From the human T2T-CHM13v2.0 reference genome, Homo sapiens: a DNA stretch of 64,000 nt. The position numbers and the translations under genes were made by a program. The notes beneath the pieces were generated by a model that worked only from the letters and a program-made list of their open reading frames with translations, was not told where the DNA came from and ran no database searches. The DNA is taken from NCBI RefSeq assembly GCF_009914755.1, contig NC_060940.1; one strand, written 5' to 3'. Below are positions 27,301 through 42,712 of the stretch, in pieces (the stretch's first letter is position 1; every line of letters starts with the position of its first letter).

Positions 27301-30300
27301 TTCAATTCCATACGATGATGATTCCATTTGATTTGATTCGACAGTGAGCCATTCGATTCAATTCCATGACGATTCTATTTGATTCAATTGGTTGACATTT
27401 CCATTCGATTCCATTCGATGATGATTCCCTTTGATTCCGTTCAAAGATGATTCCATTCTAGCCCATTCAATCATTCCATTCGATTCTATTCAATGATGAT
27501 TCCATTCATGTCGATTTGGTGATTCCATTTGACTTCATTTGATGATGATTCCTTTCAAGTTCATTAGATGATTCCATTCGATTCCATTTGATGATGATCC
27601 CATTCGAGTCCATTCAGTGATTCCATTCGTTTCCATTCCATGATGATTCCATTCCTTTCCATTCAATGATTCCATTCGATTCCGTTTGATGATGATTTCA
27701 TTCGAGTCCATTTGATGATTCCATTTGATTCCATTCGATGATGATTCCATTCGAGTCCATTCGATGATTCTATTCGAATCCATTTGATGATTTCCTTTAA
27801 TTATATTTGGTGATGATTCCATTGGAGTCCATTCAATGATTCCATTCTATTCCAATCGATGATGATTCCATTAGAGTCCATTTAATGATTCCATTTGATT
27901 CCAGTCTCTGATGATTACATTCGAGTCCATACGATGATTCCACTCAATTCCATATGATGATGATTCCATTTGATTCCATTCGGTGATTCCATTCTATTCT
28001 ATTCAATGGTGATTCCATTCGAGTACATTAGATGATTCCATTCGATTCCATTCAATGATGATTCTATTTGTGTCCCTTAGATGATTCCGCATGATTCCAT
28101 TAGATGATGATACTATTTGAGCCCATCCAATGATTCCCTTCGATTCCATTCGATGAGGATTCCATTCGATTCAATTCATTGGTGATTCTATTCAATTCAA
28201 TTCTTTGATTCCATTCCATTCCATTCGACAATGATTCCATTCGATTTCTTTCGATGATTCCACTCGATTCCACTTGACATTGATTCCATTCGATTCCATT
28301 CAATGATTCCATTTGATTCCAGTGGATGATGATTGCCATCGATTCCATTCGATCACTCCATTCTATTCCATTTGATGATGATTACATTCGATTCCATTTG
28401 ATGATTCCATCTGATTCTATTCGAGGATTCCATTTGATTCCATTCGATGATGATTCCATTCGAGTCCATTCGATGATTTCATTCGAGTACATCCAATGAT
28501 TCCATTCGAGTCCATTAGATGATTCCATTTGATTCCATTTGAAAATGATTCTACTAGAGTCCATTCAATGACTCCATTCGAGTCCATTCAACAATTCCAT
28601 TCGACTCCATTCGATGATTCCATTCGATTCCATTTGATGGTTCCATTCGAGTCCATTTAATCATTACAGTCGAGTCCATTTGGTGATTCCACTGGATTTC
28701 TTTTGATAATGATACCATTCAATTACATTTGATGATGATCCCATTCAATTTCATTTGATGATGATTCCATTAGAGTCCATTCGATGATTTCATTCGAGTC
28801 CCTTCATTGATTCCATCCGATTTCATTGGATGATGACTCCATTCGAGTCCATTCGATGATTCCACTCGATTCCATTAGATGACTCCATTGGAGTCCATTT
28901 GATTGTTCCATTCGATTCCATTCGATTCCTTTCGAAGATTATTCCATTTGAGTCCATTCGATGATGATTCCATTCCATTCCATTCGATGATTCCGTTTGA
29001 TTCCATTCGATGATTCCCTTCGATTCCTTTCTTTGATGATTCCATTCCATTCCATTCAATGATTCCATTCGAATCTATTCCATGATGATTCCTTTCGATT
29101 CCATTCGCTGATGTTTCCGTTCAATTCCATTCGATGATGATTCCATTCGATTCCATTCATTGAGGATTCCATTTGATTCCATTCAATGATGATTCCATTC
29201 TATTCCATTCAATGATTGCATTCAATTCCATTCAATGATTATCCCCTTAGAGTAAACTCAACGATTCCATTCAATACCATTCGATGATGATTCCTTTTGA
29301 GTCCATTCAATGATTTCATTCAAGTCCATTTGATGATTCCTTTCAATTCCATTCTATGATGATTCCATTCGAGTCCATTCGATGATTCCATTCGATTGCA
29401 TTCGATGATTCCATTATATTCCATTCAACAGTGATTCCATTCGAGTCAATTCCATGATTCCATTAGAGTACATTTAATGATTGCTTTGTTTTCAATTCGA
29501 AGATGATTACATTGGATTCCATTCTATGATACCATTCGATTCCATTCAATGATGATTCCACTCAAATCCATTGGATGATTCCATTCGTGTCCATTCGGTG
29601 ATTTCATTACATTCCATTCGAGGATGATTCCATTCGATTCCATTCGATGATTCCATTCAATTCCATTCGATGATGATTCCATTCCAGTCCATATGATCAT
29701 TCCATTTGATTTCATTCGATGATGATTCCATTCGATTCGATTCGACGATTCCATTCTATTCCATTCGATGATGATTCCATTCGAGTCCATTCGATCATTC
29801 CATTCGAGTCCATTTAATGATTCCATTGGGTTCAATTCAATGATGATTACATTGGATTCCGTTCTATGATTCCATTCAATTCCGTTCATTGACAATTTGA
29901 TTCCATTCGATGATGATTCCATTTGAGTTCATTCGATGATTCTATTCGATTCTCTTCGATGGTGATTCAATTCTATTATATTGGATGATTCCATTCGATT
30001 CCATTTGATGTTGATTCAATTCGATTCTATTCGATGATGATTCCATTGGATTTCACTTGATGATTCTATTCGATTCCATTCAATGATGATTCACTTCTCG
30101 TCCATTGGATGATTCCATTTCATTCCATTCGATGATGATTCCATTCGATTCCATTCGATGATTCCATTTGATTCCATGCGACGGTGAGCAATTCGATTCA
30201 ATTCCATGATGATTCTATTTGATTCAATTAGATGATGTTTCCATTCGAATCCATTCCATGATTATTCCATTGGAATCCATTCGGCGATGATTCCATATGA

Positions 30301-30488
30301 GTCAATTCAATGATGATTCCATATGGGTCCGTTCGATGATAATTCCATTTGATTTCATTCGATGCTTCTATTCTATTCCAGTCGATGATGATTCCGTTGG
30401 AGTCCATACGATGATTCCATTTGATTTCATTTGATGATGATTCCATTCGATGATGATTACATTGGATTCCATTCTATGATTCCATTCA
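24377..30488 (+). repeat. Higher-order unit 5 (6,112 bp; near-copy of unit 4)
   Basis: Landmark ORF 24617 recurs at 30729. Shares the IIKGN and WNVM ORF variants only with unit 4. Confidence 0.95.
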
Positions 30489-33400
30489 ATTCCATTCGTT
30501 GATGATTCGATTCCATTCAATGATGATTCCATTTGAGTTCATTCGATGATTCTATTCGATTCCGTTCGATGGTGATTCAATTCTATTATATTGGATGATT
30601 CCACTCGATTCCATTTGATGATTATTCCATTGGAGTCCACTTAGTGAATCCTTTAGATTCTACTCGACGATGATTCCATTCGAGTCCATTCGATGATACC
30701 ATTCAATTCCATTCGTTGATGCTTCCATTCAAGTGCATTCGATGATATCATTCGATTCCATTTGATGATAATTCCATTTGATTCCATGCGATGATTCTAT
30801 TCGATTCCATTCAATGATAATTCCATTCAATTCAGTGATTCCTCTGGACTCCATTTGATGATGATTCCATTCAATGATTCCATTCGATTCTATTCGAAAA
30901 TGATTCCATTTGAATCCATTTGATGATGATTCCATTAGATTCCATTTGATGATTCCATTCGATTCCATTCGACGATGATTCCATTCGATTCCGTTTGATG
31001 ATTCCATTCTATTCTATTCGATGATGATTCCATTCGATTCCATTCGATGATGATTGGATTCGATTCCATTTGATGATTTCATTTGATTCCATTCGTTAAT
31101 GATTTCGATCAATTCCATTCGATGATTCCATTCGATTCCATTCGATAATGATTACATCCGAGTCCATTCGATGATTCCCTTTGAGCCTGTTCGATAATTC
31201 CATTTGAGTCCAACCAATGATTCCATTCATTTCCATTCAATGATTCCATTCGAGTCCATTTGATCATTCCGGTAGGGTCCATTCGATGTTGATTCCATTG
31301 GAGTGCATTCGATGATTCCATTCGAGTCCATTTTAGGATTTGATTCGAGTCCTTTCGATGATTCCATTCGATTCCACTCGATGATGATTTCATTCGAGTC
31401 CATTCGACACTTCCAATCGATTCCATTTGATGATTCCATTCGAGTCCAATTGATGATTCCATTCAATTCCATTCGATGATGATTCCGTACGATTCCATTC
31501 TGTGATGATTCCTTGTGATTGCATTCAATGATGATTCCTTTCGATTGCATTCGATTATGATTCATTTCGTGTTCATTCTATGGTTCCACAGGTTTCCATT
31601 CGTGTCCATTCCATTATTCCATTCTATTCCATTTGATGATGATTCCATTCGATTCCATTCATTGGTGATTCCACTCAATTCCATTCAATGATTCCATTCC
31701 ATTTCTTTCAACAATGATTCCATTAGTTTCTAATCGATGATCCACTTGATTCCATTTGACGACGATTCCATTCTTGTCCATTCGATGATTCCATTTGATT
31801 CCATATGATGATGATTCCATTCGATTCCATACCATGATGATTCCATTCGAGTCCATTCAATGGTGATTCCATTCAATTCCATTCGATGATTCCTTTCGAT
31901 TCCATTCGATGATGATGGCATTCGATTCCTTTCAATCATTCCCTTTGATTCCATTCAAAGGTGATTTCATTCAAGTCCATTCGATAATTGCATTCGATTC
32001 CATTCTATGATGATTCCATTCGAGTCCATTTGATGATTCCATTCAATTCAAGTCAATGATGATTCCATTCGATTCCATTCGATGATTCCATTGGATTCCA
32101 TTCGATGATGATTCCATTCAAATCCATTCGATAATTCAATTCAAGTCCATTCGATGATGATTCCAATCGAATCCATTCAAAGATTCCATTCAGTTCCATT
32201 CGATGATTCCCTTAGATTCCATTCGATGATTCCACTTGATTGCATTTACGATGATTCCATTCGATTCCATGTGATGATTCCATTCAATTCTATTCAATGA
32301 TGTCTCCATTTGATTCCATTCGACCATGATTGCCTTTGATTCCATTCAATGATTCCATTCGGTTCCGTTTGATGATGATTCCGTTCGATTCCATTTGATG
32401 ATTCCATTTGATTCCATTGGATGAGTCCATTCGATTACATTCGATGATTATTCCATTCGAGTGCATTAGATGATTCCATTCGAGTCCATTCGATGATTCC
32501 ATTCGATTCCATTCGATGTTGATTCTGTTCAAATCCATTCGATGATTCCACTCGATTCCATTCGTTGACTCCATTTGATCCCATTCGATGATTTCCTTTG
32601 ATTCCCTTTGATGATCATTCCATTTGATTCAATTCGGTGATTTCATTTGATTCCATTCAGTGATGTTTCCATTCGACTCCATTCGATGATGATTCCATTC
32701 GACTCCATTCGATTATGATTTCATTCAATTCCATTCGATAATGATTCCCTTCGAGTCCATTCGATGATTCCATTCGATTCCATTCAACGATGATTTGATT
32801 CGTGTCCATTCGATGATTCCATTTGATTCCACTTGATGATGATTCCATTCGAGTCCATTTGATGATTCCATTCAATTCCATACTCCGATGATTTCTTTTG
32901 AGCCCACTCAATGCTTCCACTCGATTCCATATGATGATGACTCCATTCGATGAAATTCGATGATGATTCCATTCGCTTGCTTTCGATGATGATTCCACTT
33001 GAGTCCGTTAGAAGATTCTATTCAATTACATTCCATGACGATTCCGTTCGAGTCCATTTGATGATTCCATTAGACTCCATTCGACGATGATTCCATTCGA
33101 TGTTATTCGATGATTCCATTCGATCTCATTCGATGATGATTCCATTCAACTCCATTCGATGTTTCCATTCGAGTTCATTCTATTATTCCATTAGATTCAA
33201 TTCGATGATGATTCCATTCGATTCCATTTGATGATTGCATTCTATTTCATTTGATGATGATTCCATTCGAGTCCACTCGATGATTCCATTCGAGTCCATT
33301 TAATGAATCCATTGGTTTCAATTCTATGATGATTACATTGGATTCCATTCGTTGATGATTTCATTCGGTTCCATTCAATGATGATTCCATTCAATTCCTT

Positions 33401-36400
33401 TCAATGTTTCCATTCAATTCCATACGATGATGATTCCATTTGATTTGATTCGACAGTGAGCCATTCGATTCAATTCCATGATTATTCTATTTGATTCAAT
33501 TGGTTGACATTTCCATTCGATTCCATTCGATGATGATTCCCTTTGATTCCGTTCAACGATGATTCCATTCTAGCCCATTCAATCATTCCATTCGATTCTA
33601 TTCAATGATGATTCCATTCATGTCGATTTGGTGATTCCATTTGACTTCATTTGATGATGATTCCTTTCAAGTTCATTAGATGATTCCATTCGATTCCATT
33701 TGATGATGATCCCATTCGAGTCCATTCAGTGATTCCATTCGTTTCCATTCCATGATGATTCCATTCCTTTCCATTCAATGATTCCATTCGATTCCGTTTG
33801 ATGATGATTTCATTCGAGTCCATTTGATGATTCCATTTGATTCCATTCGATGATGATTCCATTCGAGTCCATTCGATGATTCTATTCGAATCCATTTGAT
33901 GATTTCTTTTGATTATATTTGGTGATGATTCCATTGGAGTCCATTCAATGATTCCATTCGATTCCAATCGATGATGATTCCATTAGAGTCCATTTAATGA
34001 TTCCATTTGATTCCAGTCTCTGATGATTACATTCGAGTCCATACGATGATTCCACTCAATTCCATATGATGATGATTCCATTTGATTCCATTCGGTGATT
34101 CCATTCTATTCTATTCAATGGTGATTCCATTCGAGTACATTAGATGATTCCATTCGATTCCATTCAATGATGATTCTATTTGTGTCCCTTAGATGATTCC
34201 ACATGATTCCATTAGATGATGATACTATTTGAGCCCATCCAATGATTCCCTTCGATTCCATTCGATGAGGATTCCATTCGATTCAATTCATTGGTGATTC
34301 TATTCAATTCAATTCTTTGATTCCATTCCATTCCATTCGACAATGATTCCATTCGATTTCTTTCGATGATTCCACTCGATTCCACTTGACATTGATTCCA
34401 TTCGATTCCATTCAATGATTCCATTTGATTCCAGTGGATGATGATTGCCATCGATTCCATTCGATCACTCCATTCTATTCCATTTGATGATGATTACATT
34501 CGATTCCATTTGATGATTCCATCTGATTCTATTCGAGGATTCCATTTGATTCCATTCGATGATGATTCCATTCGAGTCCATTCGATGATTTCATTCGAGT
34601 ACATCCAATGATTCCATTCGAGTCCATTAGATGATTCCATTTGATTCCATTTGAAAATGATTCTACTAGAGTCCATTCAATGACTCCATTCGAGTCCATT
34701 CAACAATTCCATTCGACTCCATTCGATGATTCCATTCGATTCCATTTGATGGTTCCATTCGAGTCCATTTAATCATTACAGTCGATTCCATTTGGTGATT
34801 CCACTGGATTTCTTTTGATAATGATACCATTCAATTACATTTGATGATGATCCCATTCAACTTCATTTGATGATGATTCCATTAGAGTCCATTCGATGAT
34901 TTCATTCGAGTCCCTTCATTGATTCCATCCGATTTCATTGGATGATGACTCCATTCGAGTCCATTCGATGATTCCACTCGATTCCATTAGATGACTCCAT
35001 TGGAGTCCATTTGATTGTTCCATTCGATTCCATTCGATTCCTTTCGAAGATTATTCCATTTGAGTCCATTCGATGATGATTCCATTCCATTCCATTCGAT
35101 GATTCCGTTTGATTCCATTCGATGATTCCCTTCGATTCCTTTCTTTGATGATTCCATTCCATTCCATTCAATGATTCCATTCGAATCTATTCCATGATGA
35201 TTCCTTTCGATTCCATTCGCTGATGTTTCCGTTCAATTACATTCGATGATGATTCCATTCGATTCCATTCATTGAGGATTCCATTTGATTCCATTCAATG
35301 ATGATTCCATTCTATTCCATTCAATGATTGCATTCAATTCCATTCAATGATTATCCCATTAGAGTAAACTCAACGATTCCATTCAATACCATTCGATGAT
35401 GATTCCTTTTGAGTCCATTCAATGATTTCATTCAAGTCCATTTGATGATTCCTTTCAATTCCATTCTATGATGATTCCATTCGAGTCCATTCGATGATTC
35501 CATTCGATTGCATTCGATGATTCCATTATATTCCATTCAACGGTGATTCCATTCGAGTCCATTCCATGATTCCATTAGAGTACATTTAATGATTGCTTTG
35601 TTTTCAATTCGAAGATGATTACATTGGATTCCATTCTATGATACCATTCGATTCCATTCAATGATGATTCCACTCAAATCCATTGGATGATTCCATTCGT
35701 GTCCATTCGGTGATTTCATTAGATTCCATTCGAGGACGATTCCATTCGATTCCATTCGATGATTCCATTCAATTCCATTCGATGATGATTCCATTCCAGT
35801 CCATATGATCATTCCATTTGATTTCATTCGATGATGATTCCATTCGATTCCATTCGACGATTCCATTCTATTCCATTCGATGATGATTCCATTCGAGTCC
35901 ATTCGATCAATCCATTCGAGTCCATTTAATGACTCCATTGGGTTCAATTCAATGATGATTACATTGGATTCCGTTCTATGATTCCATTCAATTCCGTTCA
36001 TTGACAATTTGATTCCATTCGATGATGATTCCATTTGAGTTCATTCGATGATTCTATTCGATTCTCTTCGATGGTGATTCAATTCTATTATATTGGATGA
36101 TTCCATTCGATTCCATTTGATGTTGATTCAATTCGATTCTATTCGATGATGATTCCATTGGATTTCACTTGATGATTCTATTCGATTCCATTCAATGATG
36201 ATTCACTTCTCGTCCATTGGATGATTCCATTTCATTCCATTCGATGATGATTCCATTCGATTCCATTCGATGATTCCATTTGATTCCATGCGACGGTGAG
36301 CAATTCGATTCAATTCCATGATGATTCTATTTGATTCAATTAGATGATGTTTCCATTCGAATCCATTCCATGATTATTCCATTGGAATCCATTCGGCGAT

Positions 36401-36600
36401 GATTCCATATGAGTCAATTCAATGATGATTCCATATGGGTCCGTTCGATGATAATTCCATTTGATTTCATTCGATGCTTCTATTCTATTCCAGTCGATGA
36501 TGATTCCGTTGGAGTCCATACGATGATTCCATTTGATTTCATTTGATGATGATTCCATTCGATGATGATTACATTGGATTCCATTCTATGATTCCATTCA
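30489..36600 (+). repeat. Higher-order unit 6 (6,112 bp)
   Basis: Landmark ORF 30729 recurs at 36841 (+6112). Confidence 0.95.
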
Positions 36601-39600
36601 ATTCCATTCGTTGATGATTCGATTCCCTTCAATGATGATTCCACTTGAGTTCATTCGATGATTCTATTCGATTCCGTTCGATGGAGATTCAATTCTCTTA
36701 TATTGGATGATTCCACTCGATTCCATTTGATGATTATTCCATTGGAGTCCACTTAGTGAATCCTTTAGATTCTACTCGAAGATGATTCCATTCGAGTCCA
36801 TTCGATGATACCATTCAATTCCATTCGTTGATGCTTCCATTCAAGTGCATTCGATGATATCATTCGATTCCATTTGATGATAATTCCATTTGATTCCATG
36901 CGATGATTCTATTCGATTCCATTCAATGATAATTCCATTCAATTCAGTGATTCCTCTGGACTCCATTTGATGATGATTCCATTCAATGATTCCATTCGAT
37001 TCTATTCGAAAATGATTCCATTTGAATCCATTTGATGATGATTCCATTAGATTCCATTTGATGATTCCATTCGATTCCATTCGACGATGATTCCATTCGA
37101 TTCCGTTTGATGATTCCATTCTATTCTATTCGATGATGATTCCATTCGATTCCATTCGATGATGATTGGATTCGATTCCATTTGATGATTTCATTTGATT
37201 CCATTCGTTAATGATTTCGATCAATTCCATTCGATGATTCCATTCGATTCCATTCGATAATGATTACATCCGAGTCCATTCGATGATTCCATTTGAGCCT
37301 GTTCGATAATTCCATTTGAGTCCAACCAATGATTCCATTCATTTCCATTCAATGATTCCATTCGAGTCCATTTGATCATTCCGGTTGGGTCCATTCGATG
37401 TTGATTCCATTGGAGTGCATTCGATGATTCCATTCGAGTCCATTTTAGGATTTGATTCGAGTCCTTTCGATGATTCCATTCGATTCCACTCGATGATGAT
37501 TTCATTCGAGTCCATTCGACACTTCCAATCGATTCCATTTGATGATTCCATTCGAGTCCAATTGATGATTCCATTCAATTCCATTCGATGATGATTCCGT
37601 ACGATTCCATTCTGTGATGATTCCTTGTGATTGCATTCAATGATGATTCCTTTCGATTGCATTCGATTATGATTCATTTCGTGTTCATTCTATGGTTCCA
37701 CAGGTTTCCATTCGTGTCCATTCCATTATTCCATTCTATTCCATTTGATGATGATTCCATTCGATTCCATTCATTGGTGATTCCACTCAATTCCATTCAA
37801 TGATTCCATTCCATTTCTTTCAACAATGATTCCATTAGTTTCTAATCGATGATCCACTTGATTCCATTTGACGACGATTCCATTCTTGTCCATTCGATGA
37901 TTCCATTTGATTCCATATGATGATGATTCCATTCGATTCCATACCATGATGATTCCATTCGAGTCCATTCAATGGTGATTCCATTCAATTCCATTCGATG
38001 ATTCCTTTCGATTCCATTCGATGATGATGGCATTCGATTCCTTTCAATCATTCCCTTTGATTCCATTCAAAGGTGATTTCATTCAAGTCCATTCGATAAT
38101 TGCATTCGATTCCATTCTATGATGATTCCATTCGAGTCCATTTGATGATTCCATTCAATTCAAGTCAATGATGATTCCATTCGATTCCATTCGATGATTC
38201 CATTGGATTCCATTCGATGATGATTCCATTCAAATCCATTCGATAATTCAATTCAAGTCCATTCGATGATGATTCCAATCGAATCCATTCAAAGATTCCA
38301 TTCAGTTCCATTCGATGATTCCCTTAGATTCCATTCGATGATTCCACTTGATTGCATTTACGATGATTCCATTCGATTCCATGTGATGATTCCATTCAAT
38401 TCTATTCAATGATGTCTCCATTTGATTCCATTCGACCATGATTGCCTTTGATTCCATTCAATGATTCCATTCGGTTCCGTTTGATGATGATTCCGTTCGA
38501 TTCCATTTGATGATTCCATTTGATTCCATTGGATGAGTCCATTCGATTACATTCGATGATTATTCCATTCGAGTGCATTAGATGATTCCATTCGAGTCCA
38601 TTCGATGATTCCATTCGATTCCATTCGATGTTGATTCTGTTCAAATCCATTCGATGATTCCACTCGATTCCATTCGTTGACTCCATTTGATCCCATTCGA
38701 TGATTTCCTTTGATTCCCTTTGATGATCATTCCATTTGATTCAATTCGGTGATTTCATTTGATTCCATTCAGTGATGTTTCCATTCGACTCCATTCGATG
38801 ATGATTCCATTCGACTCCATTCGATTATGATTTCATTCAATTCCATTCGATAATGATTCCCTTCGAGTCCATTCGATGATTCCATTCGATTCCATTCAAC
38901 GATGATTTGATTCGTGTCCATTCGATGATTCCATTTGATTCCACTTGATGATGATTCCATTCGAGTCCATTTGATGATTCCATTCAATTCCATACTCCGA
39001 TGATTTCTTTTGAGCCCACTCAATGCTTCCACTCGATTCCATATGATGATGACTCCATTCGATGAAATTCGATGATGATTCCATTCGCTTGCTTTCGATG
39101 ATGATTCCACTTGAGTCCGTTAGAAGATTCTATTCAATTACATTCCATGACGATTCCGTTCGAGTCCATTTGATGATTCCATTAGACTCCATTCGACGAT
39201 GATTCCATTCGATGTTATTCGATGATTCCATTCGATCTCATTCGATGATGATTCCATTCAACTCCATTCGATGTTTCCATTCGAGTTCATTCTATTATTC
39301 CATTAGATTCAATTCGATGATGATTCCATTCGATTCCATTTGATGATTGCATTCTATTTCATTTGATGATGATTCCATTCGAGTCCACTCGATGATTCCA
39401 TTCGAGTCCATTTAATGAATCCATTGGTTTCAATTCTATGATGATTACATTGGATTCCATTCGTTGATGATTTCATTCGGTTCCATTCAATGATGATTCC
39501 ATTCAATTCCTTTCAATGTTTCCATTCAATTCCATACGATGATGATTCCATTTGATTTGATTCGACAGTGAGCCATTCGATTCAATTCCATGATTATTCT

Positions 39601-42600
39601 ATTTGATTCAATTGGTTGACATTTCCATTCGATTCCATTCGATGATGATTCCCTTTGATTCCGTTCAACGATGATTCCATTCTAGCCCATTCAATCATTC
39701 CATTCGATTCTATTCAATGATGATTCCATTCATGTCGATTTGGTGATTCCATTTGACTTCATTTGATGATGATTCCTTTCAAGTTCATTAGATGATTCCA
39801 TTCGATTCCATTTGATGATGATCCCATTCGAGTCCATTCAGTGATTCCATTCGTTTCCATTCCATGATGATTCCATTCCTTTCCATTCAATGATTCCATT
39901 CGATTCCGTTTGATGATGATTTCATTCGAGTCCATTTGATGATTCCATTTGATTCCATTCGATGATGATTCCATTCGAGTCCATTCGATGATTCTATTCG
40001 AATCCATTTGATGATTTCTTTTGATTATATTTGGTGATGATTCCATTGGAGTCCATTCAATGATTCCATTCTATTCCAATCGATGATGATTCCATTAGAG
40101 TCCATTTAATGATTCCATTTGATTCCAGTCTCTGATGATTACATTCGAGTCCATACGATGATTCCACTCAATTCCATATGATGATGATTCCATTTGATTC
40201 CATTCGGTGATTCCATTCTATTCTATTCAATGGTGATTCCATTCGAGTACATTAGATGATTCCATTCGATTCCATTCAATGATGATTCTATTTGTGTCCC
40301 TTAGATGATTCCACATGATTCCATTACATGATGATACTATTTGAGCCCATCCAATGATTCCCTTCGATTCCATTCGATGAGGATTCCATTCGATTCAATT
40401 CATTGGTGATTCTATTCAATTCAATTCTTTGATTCCATTCCATTCCATTCGACAATGATTCCATTCGATTTCTTTCGATGATTCCACTCGATTCCACTTG
40501 ACATTGATTCCATTCGATTCCATTCATTGATTCCATTTGATTCCAGTGGGTGATGATTGCCATCGATTCCATTCGATCACTCCATTCTATTCCATTTGAT
40601 GATGATTACATTCGATTCCATTTGATGATTCCATCTGATTCTATTCGAGGATTCCATTTGATTCCATTCGATGATGATTCCATTCGAGTCCATTCGATGA
40701 TTTCATTCGAGTACATCCAATGATTCCATTCGAGTCCATTAGATGATTCCATTTGATTCCATTTGAAAATGATTCTACTAGAGTCCATTCAATGACTCCA
40801 TTCGAGTCCATTCAACAATTCCATTCGACTCCATTCGATGATTCCATTCGATTCCATTTGATGGTTCCATTCGAGTCCATTTAATCATTACAGTCGAGTC
40901 CATTTGGTGATTCCACTGGATTTCTTTTGATAATGATACCATTCAATTGCATTTGATGATGATCCCATTCAATTTCATTTGATGATGATTCCATTAGAGT
41001 CCATTCGATGATTTCATTCGAGTCCCTTCATTGATTCCATCCGATTTCATTGGATGATGACTCCATTCGAGTCCATTCGATGTTTCCACTCGATTCCATT
41101 AGATGACTCCATTGGAGTCCATTTGATTGTTCCATTCGATTCCATTCGATTCCTTTCAAAGATTATTCCATTTGAGTCCATTCGATGATGATTCCATTCC
41201 ATTCCATTCGATGATTCCGTTTGATTCCATTCGATGATTCCCTTCGATTCCTTTCTTTGATGATTCCATTCCATTCCATTCAATGATTCCATTCGAATCT
41301 ATTCCATGATGATTCCTTTCGATTCCATTCGCTGATGTTTCCGTTCAATTCCATTCGATGATGATTCCATTCGATTCCATTCATTGAGGATTCCATTTGA
41401 TTCCATTCAATGATGATTCCATTCTATTCCATTCAATGATTGCATTCAATTCCATTCAATGATTATCCCATTAGAGTAAACTCAACGATTCCATTCAATA
41501 CCATTCGATGATGATTCCTTTTGAGTCCATTCAATGATTTCATTCAAGTCCATTTGATGATTCCTTTCAATTCCATTCTATGATGATTCCATTCGAGTCC
41601 ATTCGATGATTCCATTCGATTGCATTCGATGATTCCATTATATTCCATTCAACGGTGATTCCATTCGAGTCCATTCCATGATTCCATTAGAGTACATTTA
41701 ATGATTGCTTTGTTTTCAATTCGAAGATGATTACATTGGATTCCATTCTATGATACCATTCGATTCCATTCAATGATGATTCCACTCAAATCCATTGGAT
41801 GATTCCATTCGTGTCCATTCGGTGATTTCATTAGATTCCATTCGAGGATGATTCCATTCGATTCCATTCGATGATTCCATTCAATTCCATTCGATGATGA
41901 TTCCATTCCAGTCCATATGATCATTCCATTTGATTTCATTCGATGATGATTCCATTCGATTCGATTCGACGATTCCATTCTATTCCATTCGATGATGATT
42001 CCATTCGAGTCCATTCGATCATTCCATTCGAGTCCATTTAATGATTCCATTGGGTTCAATTCAATGATGATTACATTGGATTCCGTTCTATGATTCCATT
42101 CAATTCCGTTCATTGACAATTTGATTCCATTCGATGATGATTCCATTTGAGTTCATTCGATGATTCTATTCGATTCTCTTCGATGGTGATTCAATTCTAT
42201 TATATTGGATGATTCCATTCGATTCCATTTGATGTTGATTCAATTCGATTCTATTCGATGATGATTCCATTGGATTTCACTTGATGATTCTATTCGATTC
42301 CATTCAATGATGATTCACTTCTCGTCCATTGGATGATTCCATTTCATTCCATTCGATGATGATTCCATTCGATTCCATTCGATGATTCCATTTGATTCCA
42401 TGCGACGGTGAGCAATTCGATTCAATTCCATGATGATTCTATTTGATTCAATTAGATGATGTTTCCATTCGAATCCATTCCATGATTATTCCATTGGAAT
42501 CCATTCGGCGATGATTCCATATGAGTCAATTCAATGATGATTCCATATGGGTCCGTTCGATGATAATTCCATTTGATTTCATTCGATGCTTCTATTCTAT

Positions 42601-42712
42601 TCCAGTCGATGATGATTCCGTTGGAGTCCATACGATGATTCCATTTGATTTCATTTGATGATGATTCCATTCGATGATGATTACATTGGATTCCATTCTA
42701 TGATTCCATTCA
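36601..42712 (+). repeat. Higher-order unit 7 (6,112 bp; mosaic of two haplotypes)
   Basis: Landmark ORF 36841 recurs at 42953. The first half carries unit-3 variants and the second half carries unit-8/9 variants. Confidence 0.95.
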
